Positions 10,381 to 21,128 are shown, counted from the stretch's first letter. The stretch: 64,000 bases of DNA from Candidatus Omnitrophota bacterium (GCA_003140935.1 PLLJ01000023.1:24824-88823); one strand, 5' to 3'. Notes: generated by a model from the sequence alone, not told the origin. Translations and numbers: made by a program.

Positions 10381-13300
10381 ATGAAACTCAATCTCAGTTT
10401 AGAATCACTCGGGTTAGTAGAACCGATCAGGTTAATAGAACCACTCAGGTTAGACGAAGCACGGGACCAGAAGCCTGTTTTTTGGAAACTCAGGATCTGG
10501 AAAGGTGTTTTACGGAAATCGCGGAAAATCCTTTCCGCCTCTTTGGCTTTGATCTTTCTGGGTCAGATGACCTTAATGAACACCGGATGGGCGCAATTGC
10601 CGCCTCCTACGGCGGCGGATCTGACGAATCCGCAAACACCGACCGTTTCGGTGAGTTCAACATCAACAACAAGTCCAACCACCACAACTGCAACGACCTC
10701 AACGCAACCCGTCTCGACGGATGCTTTTCTAATGAGCAGTCCGCTGAGTCCGGCAACGTCAACCACCACCTCAACTAGCACCGCCCTTGTCGGGACCCAA
10801 GCGACAGTCTTATCGGCAAGTGTGTCTACGACCGGTCGATCGTTGTATGTCTCAACAACAGGAAATAATACGGGAGATGGTTCCACCGCAAATCCCTACG
10901 CGACTATCGCGTATGGTGTTTCCCAGCTTAAGGCGGGGGACACTCTTTACATTGAAGCAGGCACCTATCAGCAGTCTGGTGCCGGCGCGGTGCTCACGAC
11001 TTCGGGAACTGCGGATGCCCATATCACGATCGAAGGTGTGGGGAATGTGGTCATCGAAGGTACGGGCACGGTCACTTATGCCGGATATACAGTAGCTTCG
11101 AATTTCAACCCGGCGTTTGACACCGGCGGTCAGTCTTACATCGACTTCAAAAATCTGACCGTTGATAATCTTCGTGCTCCGGTGAAGGTCAGCACGAACA
11201 GCTCTTACATTGATATCGATGGCGTGAACGCGGACCGCGATCACTTCGGTCTCTGGATCGACGGTGCCAATAACGTTTCCGCTCACAACATGACGATCAC
11301 CAACTGCCGCAACGGTGTCCGCACGGATTCCACGGCGGGCGTGACGCCTCACGATATTCTCTTGGAGAATATCGATTCCAGCGGAGCGAAAGACGTTTAC
11401 TCCGGGTTTGACACCGCATACCGTAACGGTGACGGTTTCATTCTCGAGTACGGCAATAACATCACCATACTCAACTGTAAATCCCATGACAACTGGGATT
11501 CTGGTTTCGACATCAAGGCGACCAATGTTTATTTAGAAGGGGTCGACTCTTATGGCAATTACCATCAAGGCGTGAAGATCTGGGGAAGCGGAATCGTGTT
11601 CAAAGATTCCATGATTCGTGACACGCGATCCTTGCCCGGCGATCCTGTTGCAAGTGAAGGTTTTGGTGTTAATAATCGCGGCGGATCCGTAACGTTTATT
11701 AATACGACCTTCGCGAATAACTATGCTGCCGATATCCGCACCGATAACCAGATTGGAATTCCTATCACGGTCCTGGAGAACTGTATTATTGCCAGGAATC
11801 TTTCCTCCGGGAAACTTTGGGAGGACACGGTCGGTACGATAACCGACAGCAACAATATCTGGTACAATGCCACAACAGGCAGTGCGGGTTTTACCCTCAG
11901 TTCAACGAGCAAGTTCATTGATCCCAAGTTCGTTGATTTGACCGGTAACGATTTTCACCTGCAGTCCGGTAGCCCGGCGATCAATGCGGGAAATATAAGC
12001 TATCCTATCGGACCAACCGATTTTGATGGCAATACCCGTGTCAACGGTGCAAGCGTGGATATCGGTGCTTATGAATTCGGCGGGACGACCACTCCGACTG
12101 AATTTGTAGGCGTGCAGAACGGGGCGACAGTCACCGGTATGGTAACGGTCGGCCCGAATCTTGCCACTCATCCCAACCTTCAAAATGTGACCTATTCCTT
12201 AAATGGTGCCAGCTCGGGGTATGTCACGGTGTCGCCTTTCTATTGGAGTGGTACCACGGGTACCGGGACGACCGGATTTGACACCACGACGCTTGCTAAC
12301 GGTGCTTATACACTGACCGCCCATTGTGTCGAAAGTACGGGCGCACATGATATGAGCCTTAGCTTTACTGTGAACAATCCCATTCTTTCTCAGGGGGGAG
12401 ACTTCACGGGCGTTACCGACGGAGCGGTGATGAGCGGGTTGATCAATGTGGGGCCGAACCTGACCGCCCATCCCAGCATCAGCAAGGTTGCCTACTACTT
12501 GAACGGAACCTCATCCGGAAAGGTGTATACCGCTCCTTTCTTTTGGGGCGGCCTGACGGGGGACGGTACCAAGGGATTTGATACGACGACGCTTGCCGAC
12601 GGGAACTACACCCTCGGCATGGTCTATACCGATAAAACGGGCGACCATAGCGTGTCAGTATCCTTTAAGATCAGTAATATTCCGACGACCGATACCACGG
12701 CGCCGGTGATCAGTGCGGTTACTTCAACGGGTGTTACATCAACAGGAGCGACGATCAACTGGACGACCAATGAAGCCAGTGATTCCCAGGTACAGTATCG
12801 TGTGCAGGGGACCACGAATTGGTTGAACACGACGTTGAACGCTGCGCTTGTGACCAGCCACTCGGTTGTGCTGAGCGGGCTGAACGCGAGTACGGTGTAT
12901 GAGTATCAGGTGAAGTCAAAGGATCAGGCGGGGAATCTTGCCACTGAGGCAACGATCTCCAACTTGACGACATTGACTCCCACCGCGACTTGCACAACGG
13001 CCATGTGTGGCGTTGCCGCAAATCAAACGGTAAGTGGGATTGTCAAGATCCAGCCGAACCTGACGCTCAATCCAGACATCCGGAAAGTGGCGTATTATCT
13101 GAATGGAACACAGTCGGATAAGGAATATACGGCGCCTTTCACGTGGGGTGGTGTAAACGGTTTTGATACGACCAAACTGGCGGATGGTACTTATACGCTA
13201 AGTGGGGCGTATACGACCTCGACGGGGGATAAGGGGTTTTCGATCGCCTTTACGGTCCAAAACACCACGCCGCCGCCCGATACCACGGCTCCAGTGATCA

Positions 13301-13872
13301 GTACGGTTACTTCGGGTAACATTAGTCCAACCGGAGCGACGATCAGCTGGACGACCAATGAAGCCAGTGATTCCCAGGTGCAGTATCGCGTGAAGGGAAC
13401 CACGACTTGGTTGAACACGACGCTGAACACCACGCTTGTGACCAGCCACTCGGTTGTGCTGAGCGGGCTGAACGCGAGTACGGTGTATGAGTATCAGGTG
13501 AAATCGAAGGACCAGGCGGGAAATCTTGCCACGCAGGCGACGGTCTCAAGCTTGACGACGGCAGCTGCTCCTCCGGCTACTTGCACTACGGCAGTTTGCG
13601 GTGTTACGGCGGGACAGGTTGTAAGCGGGACGGTCAATATCCAGCCCAACCTGACACTTGACCCTAGCGTCCGAAAGGTGGCATATTACTTGAACGGGAC
13701 CCAATCCGGGAAGGTCTATGCGGCACCTTACTTGTGGGGTGGTTCCACAGGGGATGGCACAACGGGTTTTGATACCAAGACGCTCGCCAATGGTACCTAT
13801 ACACTGGCGATGGTCTATACCGATGCGACGGGAGACCACACTGTGTCAATAACTTTCACGGTCAAGAATTAA
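10381..13872 (+). CDS. Large secreted/surface protein: Thr-rich linker, right-handed beta-helix (pectate-lyase-like), four Ig-like repeats, two FN3 domains
   Basis: Long signal-like N-terminus, [56 protein letters not shown]...[13 protein letters not shown]. Confidence 0.85.
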   Translation: MKLNLSLESLGLVEPIRLIEPLRLDEARDQKPVFWKLRIWKGVLRKSRKILSASLALIFLGQMTLMNTGWAQLPPPTAADLTNPQTPTVSVSSTSTTSPTTTTATTSTQPVSTDAFLMSSPLSPATSTTTSTSTALVGTQATVLSASVSTTGRSLYVSTTGNNTGDGSTANPYATIAYGVSQLKAGDTLYIEAGTYQQSGAGAVLTTSGTADAHITIEGVGNVVIEGTGTVTYAGYTVASNFNPAFDTGGQSYIDFKNLTVDNLRAPVKVSTNSSYIDIDGVNADRDHFGLWIDGANNVSAHNMTITNCRNGVRTDSTAGVTPHDILLENIDSSGAKDVYSGFDTAYRNGDGFILEYGNNITILNCKSHDNWDSGFDIKATNVYLEGVDSYGNYHQGVKIWGSGIVFKDSMIRDTRSLPGDPVASEGFGVNNRGGSVTFINTTFANNYAADIRTDNQIGIPITVLENCIIARNLSSGKLWEDTVGTITDSNNIWYNATTGSAGFTLSSTSKFIDPKFVDLTGNDFHLQSGSPAINAGNISYPIGPTDFDGNTRVNGASVDIGAYEFGGTTTPTEFVGVQNGATVTGMVTVGPNLATHPNLQNVTYSLNGASSGYVTVSPFYWSGTTGTGTTGFDTTTLANGAYTLTAHCVESTGAHDMSLSFTVNNPILSQGGDFTGVTDGAVMSGLINVGPNLTAHPSISKVAYYLNGTSSGKVYTAPFFWGGLTGDGTKGFDTTTLADGNYTLGMVYTDKTGDHSVSVSFKISNIPTTDTTAPVISAVTSTGVTSTGATINWTTNEASDSQVQYRVQGTTNWLNTTLNAALVTSHSVVLSGLNASTVYEYQVKSKDQAGNLATEATISNLTTLTPTATCTTAMCGVAANQTVSGIVKIQPNLTLNPDIRKVAYYLNGTQSDKEYTAPFTWGGVNGFDTTKLADGTYTLSGAYTTSTGDKGFSIAFTVQNTTPPPDTTAPVISTVTSGNISPTGATISWTTNEASDSQVQYRVKGTTTWLNTTLNTTLVTSHSVVLSGLNASTVYEYQVKSKDQAGNLATQATVSSLTTAAAPPATCTTAVCGVTAGQVVSGTVNIQPNLTLDPSVRKVAYYLNGTQSGKVYAAPYLWGGSTGDGTTGFDTKTLANGTYTLAMVYTDATGDHTVSITFTVKN
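10399..10452 (+). repeat. Three imperfect 18-bp tandem repeats encoding [18 protein letters not shown]
   Basis: ttagaatcactcgggtta gtagaaccgatcaggtta atagaaccactcaggtta. Confidence 0.8.
12691..13558 (+). repeat. Intragenic direct repeat of an FN3-coding unit (about 12691-12970 and 13279-13558, offset 588 bp)
   Basis: Long near-identical DNA stretches, e.g. accagccactcggttgtgctgagcgggctgaacgcgagtacggtgtatgagtatcaggtg in both copies. Confidence 0.92.
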
Positions 13873-13883
13873 ACAAGTTTGAA

Positions 13884-13920
13884 ATCACTGCCCCTTCCCA
13901 CGGGGCGAAGGGGCGGTGAT
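13884..13920 (+). terminator. Stem-loop after the surface-protein gene
   Basis: atcactgccccttc / gaaggggcggtgat 14-bp stem with one G-U pair; weak U-tract. Confidence 0.55.
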
Positions 13921-14013
13921 TGCATCGCCATTCGCTTTGGGGGGAAGGGGCAAGCAGGTTCGATAACTCGGCCCGCATGCATAACGTACCTTCTCCCACC
14001 TTTTTTGTCTGTC

Positions 14014-14051
14014 AGGGGAAAACTCGAACTGTTTTTATCGGGTTTTCCCCT
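14014..14051. promoter_or_regulatory. 14-bp inverted repeat upstream of the NarL-family regulator, putative operator
   Basis: aggggaaaactcga-N10-tcgggttttcccct, one mismatch. Confidence 0.5.
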
Positions 14052-14197
14052 ACATTTTTCAAGATATTTCCTTATGGCAGGGACCGATTTTTAAGGTATG
14101 ATTACAGGAGCATAAGGTTTTTTCCCTACGCAAATGTAAGGTTAGGTCACATAAGTTTTGCGACGGCTCGGTAGACACCGGGCAGGAAGGTGATGCG

Positions 14198-14959
14198 ATG
14201 AAAAAGACCGTGGATGCCGAGAAAAAAGAAAAAAATGAAACTCAACCGGAACCTTTCAGTGTTGTTACTAAAAGGGGGGCACCGCCTTTTCCGGTGCGAG
14301 GGCCTTTTAGTCCGACCAAACGCGCCAGGATCATGATCCTGGACGATCATCCGATCCTTCGTCGCGGAATTGCTGACTACATCAACGCGGAATCCAATAT
14401 GATGATCTGCGGGGAAGCCGAGGATGCTCACCAGGCCTTAGAGATCATGCCGACGGCAAAACCCGATCTTGTGATCGTCGACATATCCCTTAACGGCTCA
14501 AGCGGGATCGAGTTTCTGAAGACCTTTCGACTCGAGTATCCCGATATTCCGACTTTAGTGCTGTCGATGCATGATGAATTGCTTTATGCCGAACGGGTCC
14601 TCCGGGAAGGCGCCCGGGGGTATGTCATGAAGCAAGAAGCGGTCGAGAAGATCCTGACCGCGATCCGAAAGATCCTGGAAGGCCAGATCTACCTGAGCGA
14701 TCGCATGATGGAACGTATCCTTGAGAAAAAATACATGGGTCAGCAGGGGAACCTGTCTCCGATGGAGTCTTTGAGCGATCGCGAGTTGGAAGTTTTCAGG
14801 CTCATCGGAGAGGGTATCACCACAACGGACATCGCGCATCAGCTTCACCGGAGCGTGAAAACGATCGAAACCTACCGCGCGCGTATCAAGGTTAAATTTA
14901 ACCTGAAAAATAACATGGAATTGATACGCTTTGCCATGCATTGGGCCCAGAATAAATAA
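14198..14959 (+). CDS. NarL/LuxR-family response regulator
   Basis: ILDDHPILRRG, VIVDISL, LSDRELEVFRLIGEG..T.DIA..L..SVKTIETYR. Confidence 0.95.
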   Translation: MKKTVDAEKKEKNETQPEPFSVVTKRGAPPFPVRGPFSPTKRARIMILDDHPILRRGIADYINAESNMMICGEAEDAHQALEIMPTAKPDLVIVDISLNGSSGIEFLKTFRLEYPDIPTLVLSMHDELLYAERVLREGARGYVMKQEAVEKILTAIRKILEGQIYLSDRMMERILEKKYMGQQGNLSPMESLSDRELEVFRLIGEGITTTDIAHQLHRSVKTIETYRARIKVKFNLKNNMELIRFAMHWAQNK

Positions 14960-15059
14960 GCCGCTTGAACGGTTCCACCGGCCGGTCCGGCTTTAAGAGA
15001 AGCAATACCCCGTGAGACTTTTTTTGCAGCAGCGAATTCCGGACAGCGGGCCACCGTCG

Positions 15060-16523
15060 CTAAGAAAAGGGATCTCTCTTCGGATTGAAGTCCACGTGAT
15101 GCGCGGCATTGATGTCCGGATGAGGGTGAGGTAGTTTCAAGGGGCAACGGATCGTGATCCTGGTGCCCCGGTTTTTGCGTGTTTCGATCGAAATAGTCCC
15201 GTGAATAATGGCCGCGCGATAGTACATGCTCCGGAAACCGATCCCGCGCTGGATGCCCTCATTCCCCGGAGAAAACCCATTCCCGTTGTCGGCGATGAAC
15301 AAAAAAGCCGACTCATGCCGTTTCCCGTATTCAATGCGGATATCCTTGGCGCTCCCGTGGCGGACCGCATTATGGAGCGCCTCCTGGGCAATACGGTAAA
15401 GATGAGCTTCGACATCAGGATCTTTCAAAATATTTTCCTCGTGGCAAACGAAATCACATTGGATCCGGAAAGTCGATGAGAAGGTCTGGGTGAGGTTCCG
15501 CAAGGCCGAGGCCAAGCCGCAATGTTGAAGATCGACCGGATAAAAACTGTGGGCCATCTGCCGGGTCTCTTCAAGGGTTTTCTTGATCTCCGCCGTTAAA
15601 TTCCGGAGTTCCTCGACTTCCACGGACTTTTTTTCGGAGATTTTTTTTTCGATGAGCTGGGACATGAAGCCAAGAGCGACAAGCCGTTGGGTAATGCCGT
15701 CATGAAGATCTTGGCCCATTCGTTTTCTTTCGTCCTCTTGAATATCGAGAAGTTCGTGCTGGGCCTGCAATTTTTCCTGAGCCTCTTGTGCGATCCTTTT
15801 TTGCAGTTCCAAAAGATGGTCGGTCATCCTCGTCAGGGTCTTGGAAAGGTCCCCGATCTCGTCCTCCCGCGAAGAATCCAGACGGTGGTTCAGATCACCC
15901 GACGATATTTTTTCGGCCTCGATCTGGAGTGCCTTCAAGGGAAGGAAGAATTGGTAATGGGACCAAAGGATCGCTACGGCGGTAAATCCCAGTACCGAAA
16001 ACAGAAAAAAAGCGGTCACTCCAAGAGAAATACGGAGTTGCGATCGGGCAGTGTCCTCGTTATCTCCAGCCAGTTGATCGGCCAGGTAGCGTATGCTGGT
16101 CGCCCCGAGTTTTATCTTTTCTCTCATGGCGAAGAAAGAGGAGGACGCGAGATTCGTCTGGAGAATTGGGTCGGCGGATTGTTTTAAATAAAGCGCGGCT
16201 TGGTGAAGGTCCTCTTGCATGGACCGAAGGGATTTTTTTTCTTGCTCGGTTCTGACCAAGGAAAGAGATTTTGCGATCAAGCTTTCCGCTTCACTGTAAG
16301 CGGATTTCCACTGAGACAGCAACCGTGGCCCTGGCGGCAGGGAACTGGGGTCTGTGGCGAGCGCATAAAGCTGAGAAGCACGATCGCTGACTTGCTGTTC
16401 ATACCGGGCCATTTCAAACGAACGACGCAAAGCGAAAAGCTGGATGCTGATGAAAAGGGTGAAGATGCATCCTACCAGGGCTGCCAGCAGGGTCGAAAAC
16501 AGAACCGTTTTGGATAGTCTCAT
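15060..16523 (-). CDS. Membrane sensor histidine kinase, HAMP + HisKA_3 (NarX-type)
   Basis: Two TM segments, DEIGDL HAMP, ERKRMGQDLHDG, QEALHNAVRH, DNGNGF. Confidence 0.93.
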   Translation of the reverse strand: MRLSKTVLFSTLLAALVGCIFTLFISIQLFALRRSFEMARYEQQVSDRASQLYALATDPSSLPPGPRLLSQWKSAYSEAESLIAKSLSLVRTEQEKKSLRSMQEDLHQAALYLKQSADPILQTNLASSSFFAMREKIKLGATSIRYLADQLAGDNEDTARSQLRISLGVTAFFLFSVLGFTAVAILWSHYQFFLPLKALQIEAEKISSGDLNHRLDSSREDEIGDLSKTLTRMTDHLLELQKRIAQEAQEKLQAQHELLDIQEDERKRMGQDLHDGITQRLVALGFMSQLIEKKISEKKSVEVEELRNLTAEIKKTLEETRQMAHSFYPVDLQHCGLASALRNLTQTFSSTFRIQCDFVCHEENILKDPDVEAHLYRIAQEALHNAVRHGSAKDIRIEYGKRHESAFLFIADNGNGFSPGNEGIQRGIGFRSMYYRAAIIHGTISIETRKNRGTRITIRCPLKLPHPHPDINAAHHVDFNPKRDPFS

Positions 16524-16596
16524 GAACGTGGGGTGAAGAAAGCGATGTTTTCTGTGGCGAACAACCTCATGGTGAATCTCCTCGGGCCGGCGGGAA

Positions 16597-16992
16597 TTAT
16601 GCCGGAACTCCCTTTAAGGTCTCTTGGATGATCCTGAGGATATCCGTCAGGCTGAAAGGTTTTTTGACCAGTCTTTTTATTCCGCTGAACTCATTCAACA
16701 ACCAGTTTTCATCATGAAAAAAACCGCTCATGGCGATGATGGGAACATCGGCGCATCCCGGCAAGCTACGGATCTCGCGGGCGATCTCAATGCCGGTTTT
16801 TCCAGGCATCTTGATATCAAGCAAAATAAGCTTCGGTTTCAGTCCGGAGGCTAGATCCACGACTTCGGTCGGGTCACTGACGGTGATCATGTTGTAACCG
16901 CTCAGCGCCAGGGCCTCGCTGAGTTCTCCCAGGAAGATTTCGTCGTCATCCACCACCATGATCGTATTATCCGCATCCTTCATATTCTTCAT
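16597..16992 (-). CDS. Single-domain response regulator
   Basis: VVDDD, LLDIKMPG, AMSG, KKPF. Confidence 0.9.
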   Translation of the reverse strand: MKNMKDADNTIMVVDDDEIFLGELSEALALSGYNMITVSDPTEVVDLASGLKPKLILLDIKMPGKTGIEIAREIRSLPGCADVPIIAMSGFFHDENWLLNEFSGIKRLVKKPFSLTDILRIIQETLKGVPA

Positions 16993-17040
16993 TTTTTTCT
17001 CCCGTTGTTTTATTCAATATAAATAAAATTGACAGGCTTA

Positions 17041-17101
17041 AGTATGCTTTTAAATTGTGTCAAAAGACAGATGCAACTTCGTCTTTTCCCTGACTATTTT
17101 C
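17041..17101 (-). promoter_or_regulatory. Regulon motif copy 1 plus -10, driving receiver 16992
   Basis: Minus strand GAAAATAGTCAGGGAAAAGACGA (17101-17079), 32 nt, CATACT. Confidence 0.6.
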
Positions 17102-17196
17102 CACCCAGAATCCCGATGTTCCCCGGCGCTTTTGACTACAGATCGTCCCGCATTCGCGATGCCTCTTCTCATATCGTGGAGCTTCTTGGAAAAGCG

Positions 17197-17257
17197 GGGA
17201 AAAGTCAGAAAAAAGAGGAATGCCCCGATAGCGCGCAATATTTTCATTGATTAAACT
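17197..17257 (+). promoter_or_regulatory. Regulon motif copy 2 plus -10
   Basis: GGGAAAAGTCAGAAAAAAGAGGA, 32 nt, TAAACT at 17252. Confidence 0.75.
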
Positions 17258-17289
17258 ATCGTAGGTCTAGAAAGGTGGGAGAATCGGAT

Positions 17290-17472
17290 ATGGCAAAATT
17301 AGTAAGACGAGTCAACCAAAAGCGCGGTTATCAATGCTCTATTTGCGGAGAGAAGAAGGATAGCTTTTATGTATGTTGTGGTCATCCCATGATAGACCTT
17401 AAGACAAACTGGGATCTTCTGGATTGGGATATCCTGGATTGGAAAAAAAAGGCGTCACTTAAGAAGGGCTGA
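17290..17472 (+). CDS. Small desulforedoxin-like Cys protein (CxxC-x9-CCG)
   Basis: YQCSICGEKKDSFYVCCGHPM; GGAGA upstream; paralog at 31884. Confidence 0.7.
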   Translation: MAKLVRRVNQKRGYQCSICGEKKDSFYVCCGHPMIDLKTNWDLLDWDILDWKKKASLKKG

Positions 17473-17596
17473 TCCCGACAAATTCCGCGGGGCGTTGCGT
17501 CAAGCGAAGGGGATTCCCTTAAAAAAAAGAGGGCAGTATGAGGCTACAGGATGCGGCCAACGCTTTTGAAACTTGGGTGAGAAAAGAAGGTGAAAA

Positions 17597-17947
17597 GTGA
17601 TAGCCGAATTCTCAGTTTTCCAGATGAATGAATGCACGCCGATCAGCCGCACGATAACGGACGCCGCGAAGCTCGCTGAAGCTTCCGGACTGCCGTACCG
17701 TTTGACGCCGTCGACGATCTCCGTCAAAGGGGAATGGGACGAATTGTTCCTTTTGATCCGGAAGTGCCACGAGCGCGTCCGAGCACTAACGCCTCATGTG
17801 ATGACAACGATCTCGATTGAAGATGAGGACGGTCTCATGGACAAGATCGAAGATGGCAGCCGTGCCATTGAGGAGAAAATTACGAATCCTGCGACAGGGT
17901 GGAAGCCCAAAATACGCAATATAAAACCATCCAAAAACCAGATCTAA
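17597..17947 (+). CDS. MTH1187/YkoF-family thiamine-binding protein
   Basis: MIAEFSVF, SGLPYRLTP..I..GEWDEL...I..CHE. Confidence 0.8.
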   Translation: MIAEFSVFQMNECTPISRTITDAAKLAEASGLPYRLTPSTISVKGEWDELFLLIRKCHERVRALTPHVMTTISIEDEDGLMDKIEDGSRAIEEKITNPATGWKPKIRNIKPSKNQI

Positions 17948-18028
17948 GAATAGCAAAAACGTATTCACGCAGGTTATGGCCATAGAAAGAAAGCAGATCG
18001 CTTTAGGCATTTGCCGGGATTAAAAAAT

Positions 18029-19327
18029 ATGAAAATAGGGATCATCGGTTCAGGATATGTCGGGCTTGTGACGGGGGCCTGTTTGGCACATTTGGGGCAT
18101 AAGGTCATTTGCGTGGATCAGGATAAGGCCAAGATCCGGACTCTCAAGAATGGAAAAGTGCCCTTTTACGAACCGGGTCTTCTGGAAATGGTACTCGAAA
18201 ATGTATCTGCCAAAAGGCTCTCATTTACCACCGAGATATCCAAAGCCGTGAACCACTACGAAGTGCTTTTTGTATGCGTCAACACGCCGCCCAAGCCTCA
18301 GGGGGACTGTGACCTGAGTTTTGTGGGAAAGGTCACGAAACAGATCGCGACGCATCTACGAAGCTATTGTCTGGTTGTTGATAAAAGCACCGTTCCGGTC
18401 GAGACCGGAGCGTGGGTGCGTCAAACGATCCTCCGCCATGTCAAGAAAGGCGTCTCTTTCGATGTGGCTTCGAACCCCGAATTCTTAAGGGAGGGGTCTG
18501 CGATCCATGATTTCCTGCATCCGGACCGCATCGTGATCGGTGTTTCAAGCACACGCGCGGAAAAAATATTCAGGACACTTTACGACCCGCTCAAGGCCCC
18601 TATGATCGTCACAGACATCGAAAGCGCGGAACTGATCAAGCACGCGGCGAATTCTTTTTTGGCGACCAAGATCTCGTTCGCGAACGCGGTTTCCAGGATC
18701 TGTGATGCCGTGGGCGCGGATATCGAAAAGGTCACCCTGGGCATGGGACTTGATCCCCGCATCGGCAAACAGTTCCTGAACGCGGGGATCGGTTTCGGCG
18801 GGTCGTGTTTTCCCAAGGACGTGAGAGGCTTCCTGCATATCTCCGAAAAGTTGGGTGTGCGCTTTGATCTTCTTGCGGACGTTCTTCGGATCAATGACGA
18901 GCAGGCAAAATACTTTGTGGAGAAGATCAAAAGCTCCATGAAGATCCTTCGCGGCAAAACGATCGGAGTGTTGGGGCTGGCCTTCAAATCGGATACGGAT
19001 GATATGCGTTCGGCGCCCTCCATCCCCATCATTCAGATGCTTCAAAAAGAGGGGGTCTCTCTCCAGGCGTACGACCCTCAAGCTATGGACAAATCCCGGA
19101 AGATCTTTAACGGGGTGGAATTTGCAGAGGATCCCTTCGGGGCGGTCAAGGGAGCCCACGCGGTCGCCGTGCTTACGGAGTGGAGAGAATTCCTGAATCT
19201 CGATTGGGCGCGCGTCAAAAGGTCCATGAAAGACCGCTTCTTTTTCGATGGACGCAATCTATTCCAGCCGGCGGAGATGGTGAAGCTCGGATTTAAGTAT
19301 TTCAGCGTCGGCCGGCCCTCAGTCTGA
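18029..19327 (+). CDS. ugd: UDP-glucose 6-dehydrogenase
   Basis: GSGYVGL, SNPEFLREG, GFGGSCFPKD, GLAFK.DTDDMR. Confidence 0.95.
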   Translation: MKIGIIGSGYVGLVTGACLAHLGHKVICVDQDKAKIRTLKNGKVPFYEPGLLEMVLENVSAKRLSFTTEISKAVNHYEVLFVCVNTPPKPQGDCDLSFVGKVTKQIATHLRSYCLVVDKSTVPVETGAWVRQTILRHVKKGVSFDVASNPEFLREGSAIHDFLHPDRIVIGVSSTRAEKIFRTLYDPLKAPMIVTDIESAELIKHAANSFLATKISFANAVSRICDAVGADIEKVTLGMGLDPRIGKQFLNAGIGFGGSCFPKDVRGFLHISEKLGVRFDLLADVLRINDEQAKYFVEKIKSSMKILRGKTIGVLGLAFKSDTDDMRSAPSIPIIQMLQKEGVSLQAYDPQAMDKSRKIFNGVEFAEDPFGAVKGAHAVAVLTEWREFLNLDWARVKRSMKDRFFFDGRNLFQPAEMVKLGFKYFSVGRPSV

Positions 19328-19368
19328 GGGAAGACCTGCCTTCGCAGAGATCGCGGCGGTCCTGTTTT

Positions 19369-19770
19369 TTATTTGCGTGCTTCAGGCACAGAGAGCGGGC
19401 GTATTTTTTTCTGATTAAAAGCAAGGACCTTTAAGACCATATAAAAACCGAGAATGCCGACAGTATCAATGAAAATGTCCCGAATGGACCCGCTTCTTCC
19501 CTGGACGAACGACTGATGAAATTCATCCGATGCGGCATAGAAAAAAGAGAAAACGGCAGGATAGACAAAAAGATGAAAAACGTTCGTCACAAACGAACCT
19601 TTAAAGGCCCTGTACAGGAGGAAAGTAAGAATGAAATATTCGAAGACGTGAGCTATTTTCCTTAAGATCAGATCGCATTCAAGATTTGTTTTCAGGTTCG
19701 GAATACTTGAAAGCCAAAAAATGAAGCCCGCCCAAATTAAAACCAGAAACCATAGTTTAAAAATTTTCAC
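19369..19770 (-). CDS. VanZ-family membrane protein
   Basis: RKIAHVFEY, YAASDEFHQSFVQGRSG..RD. Confidence 0.9.
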   Translation of the reverse strand: MKIFKLWFLVLIWAGFIFWLSSIPNLKTNLECDLILRKIAHVFEYFILTFLLYRAFKGSFVTNVFHLFVYPAVFSFFYAASDEFHQSFVQGRSGSIRDIFIDTVGILGFYMVLKVLAFNQKKIRPLSVPEARK

Positions 19771-19893
19771 TCTGTCGATCCTTTCATTCTAATGAAACGG
19801 CATTGTACTCTGGGTGCCCCGTCGACTCAATAGGGTAGGTTGTCATGATAGGTGCTGACTCCAGGGCGATCTGACGCTGAAAAAATAAAAGGA

Positions 19894-19955
19894 GAAAAAA
19901 GTCGGAACAAAGTGGATGTTGACCATTCATCACTTCCCGGCAATTCCATTAGAAT
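19894..19955 (+). promoter_or_regulatory. Regulon motif copy 3 plus -10, upstream of Hsp20
   Basis: GAAAAAAGTCGGAACAAAGTGGA, 33 nt, TAGAAT at 19950. Confidence 0.75.
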
Positions 19956-20021
19956 GATCCCGCGATAAAAAAGGCCGTATTGGAAGAAGATTTCACTCAA
20001 TCAGGTGAAGGAGAAAACAAA

Positions 20022-20477
20022 ATGCACCCACTTGTAAAACACACAAACCGGTGGATCGATCCTTTTGATCTCGTCACGGATCTTCAGGGGGACGTGAACC
20101 GTTTATTTTCTTCGACTTTGCACCCGAGATCGCATGACGGTGTTGGGGAATTACTGCCGAATCTTGAGGTCAAGGAGGACGAGAACCAGTTCCTCGTGCA
20201 CCTCGATATCCCCGGGATGGAGCGCAAAGACCTGGATATTTCGGTCAGCGGCAAAATACTCACGGTAAAAGGGGAGCGGAAAGAAGAGGAAAGCAAAAAA
20301 GGAAAAGGCTATTTCTATTCCGAGCGTCGTTACGGAAGTTTCCATCGCTCGGTGGAACTGCCGGCTGAGGTGAAAGCCGACAAGGTTGAAGCCCATTACA
20401 AAGACGGCGTTCTGAAGCTGATCCTTCCAAAATCCGAGAAGGCCAAGGCAAAACAGATCAAAGTTGATGTGAAATAA
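20022..20477 (+). CDS. Hsp20/alpha-crystallin small heat-shock protein
   Basis: DIPG, LTVKGER, ERRYGSFHRS..LP, A.YKDGVL; AAGGAG RBS. Confidence 0.95.
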   Translation: MHPLVKHTNRWIDPFDLVTDLQGDVNRLFSSTLHPRSHDGVGELLPNLEVKEDENQFLVHLDIPGMERKDLDISVSGKILTVKGERKEEESKKGKGYFYSERRYGSFHRSVELPAEVKADKVEAHYKDGVLKLILPKSEKAKAKQIKVDVK

Positions 20478-20751
20478 AGCCTATCCAGGAACCGGTCCCC
20501 ATGGGTCCATAGCCGGATCAAAGAGGCGATGGCGGCTCTGTCTGTGCCGGACTTTTCGAAAGCACGGTTTGACTGATCCCGAGGGAGAGGATATTTTGAT
20601 TACAAAAAATTAATGCTGATTTAAGCTCCTGTTCATTTTCTCTGTGTTATGCTCCACCAGCCGAAAAAGGAGCGCAGGATAAAAGAGGTAACGAAATGGG
20701 ATCGGTATTGTAACGAGGCTCAACAGCGGAACCTAAGAAAAGGAGCAGGCT

Positions 20752-21072
20752 ATGAAGAAAAAATTGCTTCATGTTTCGACATTAGCGGTGATGGTTTTGC
20801 TTGTTACCGGGTGCGCGACTCCCTATCCCGTGGGGCTTCTTTACACGGAGCTGAATCTTCCTCACCAGGCGGTGTCGCAATCGGAGGTGTCCTACACGAA
20901 GGTGGGTGTTGCCAAGGCAACTTCGGTCCTGGGTCTTGTGACCACGGGGGATGCAAGCCAGCGGGCCGCCATACGCAATGGTCAGATCACAAAGGTTAAA
21001 TATATCGACTACTCGGTGAAGAACATCCTGGGGATCTATGGGGAGTATACCGTAACGGTCTACGGTGATTAA
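20752..21072 (+). CDS. TRL-like family lipoprotein
   Basis: Lipobox VTGC; SVLGLVTTGDAS..AA..NG.ITKV..IDY...ILG.Y....T.VYG. Confidence 0.8.
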   Translation: MKKKLLHVSTLAVMVLLVTGCATPYPVGLLYTELNLPHQAVSQSEVSYTKVGVAKATSVLGLVTTGDASQRAAIRNGQITKVKYIDYSVKNILGIYGEYTVTVYGD

Positions 21073-21128
21073 GTGAACGGCAGCAAATACAACCGTAGGG
21101 TGAACGGGGATGGGCCCAGAGGAGCCGC

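Noticed and set aside
20520-20585. GGCGATGG...CTGAT, considered as a fluoride riboswitch
   Set aside because: The required stem and pseudoknot pairing are not present and no fluoride-related gene follows.
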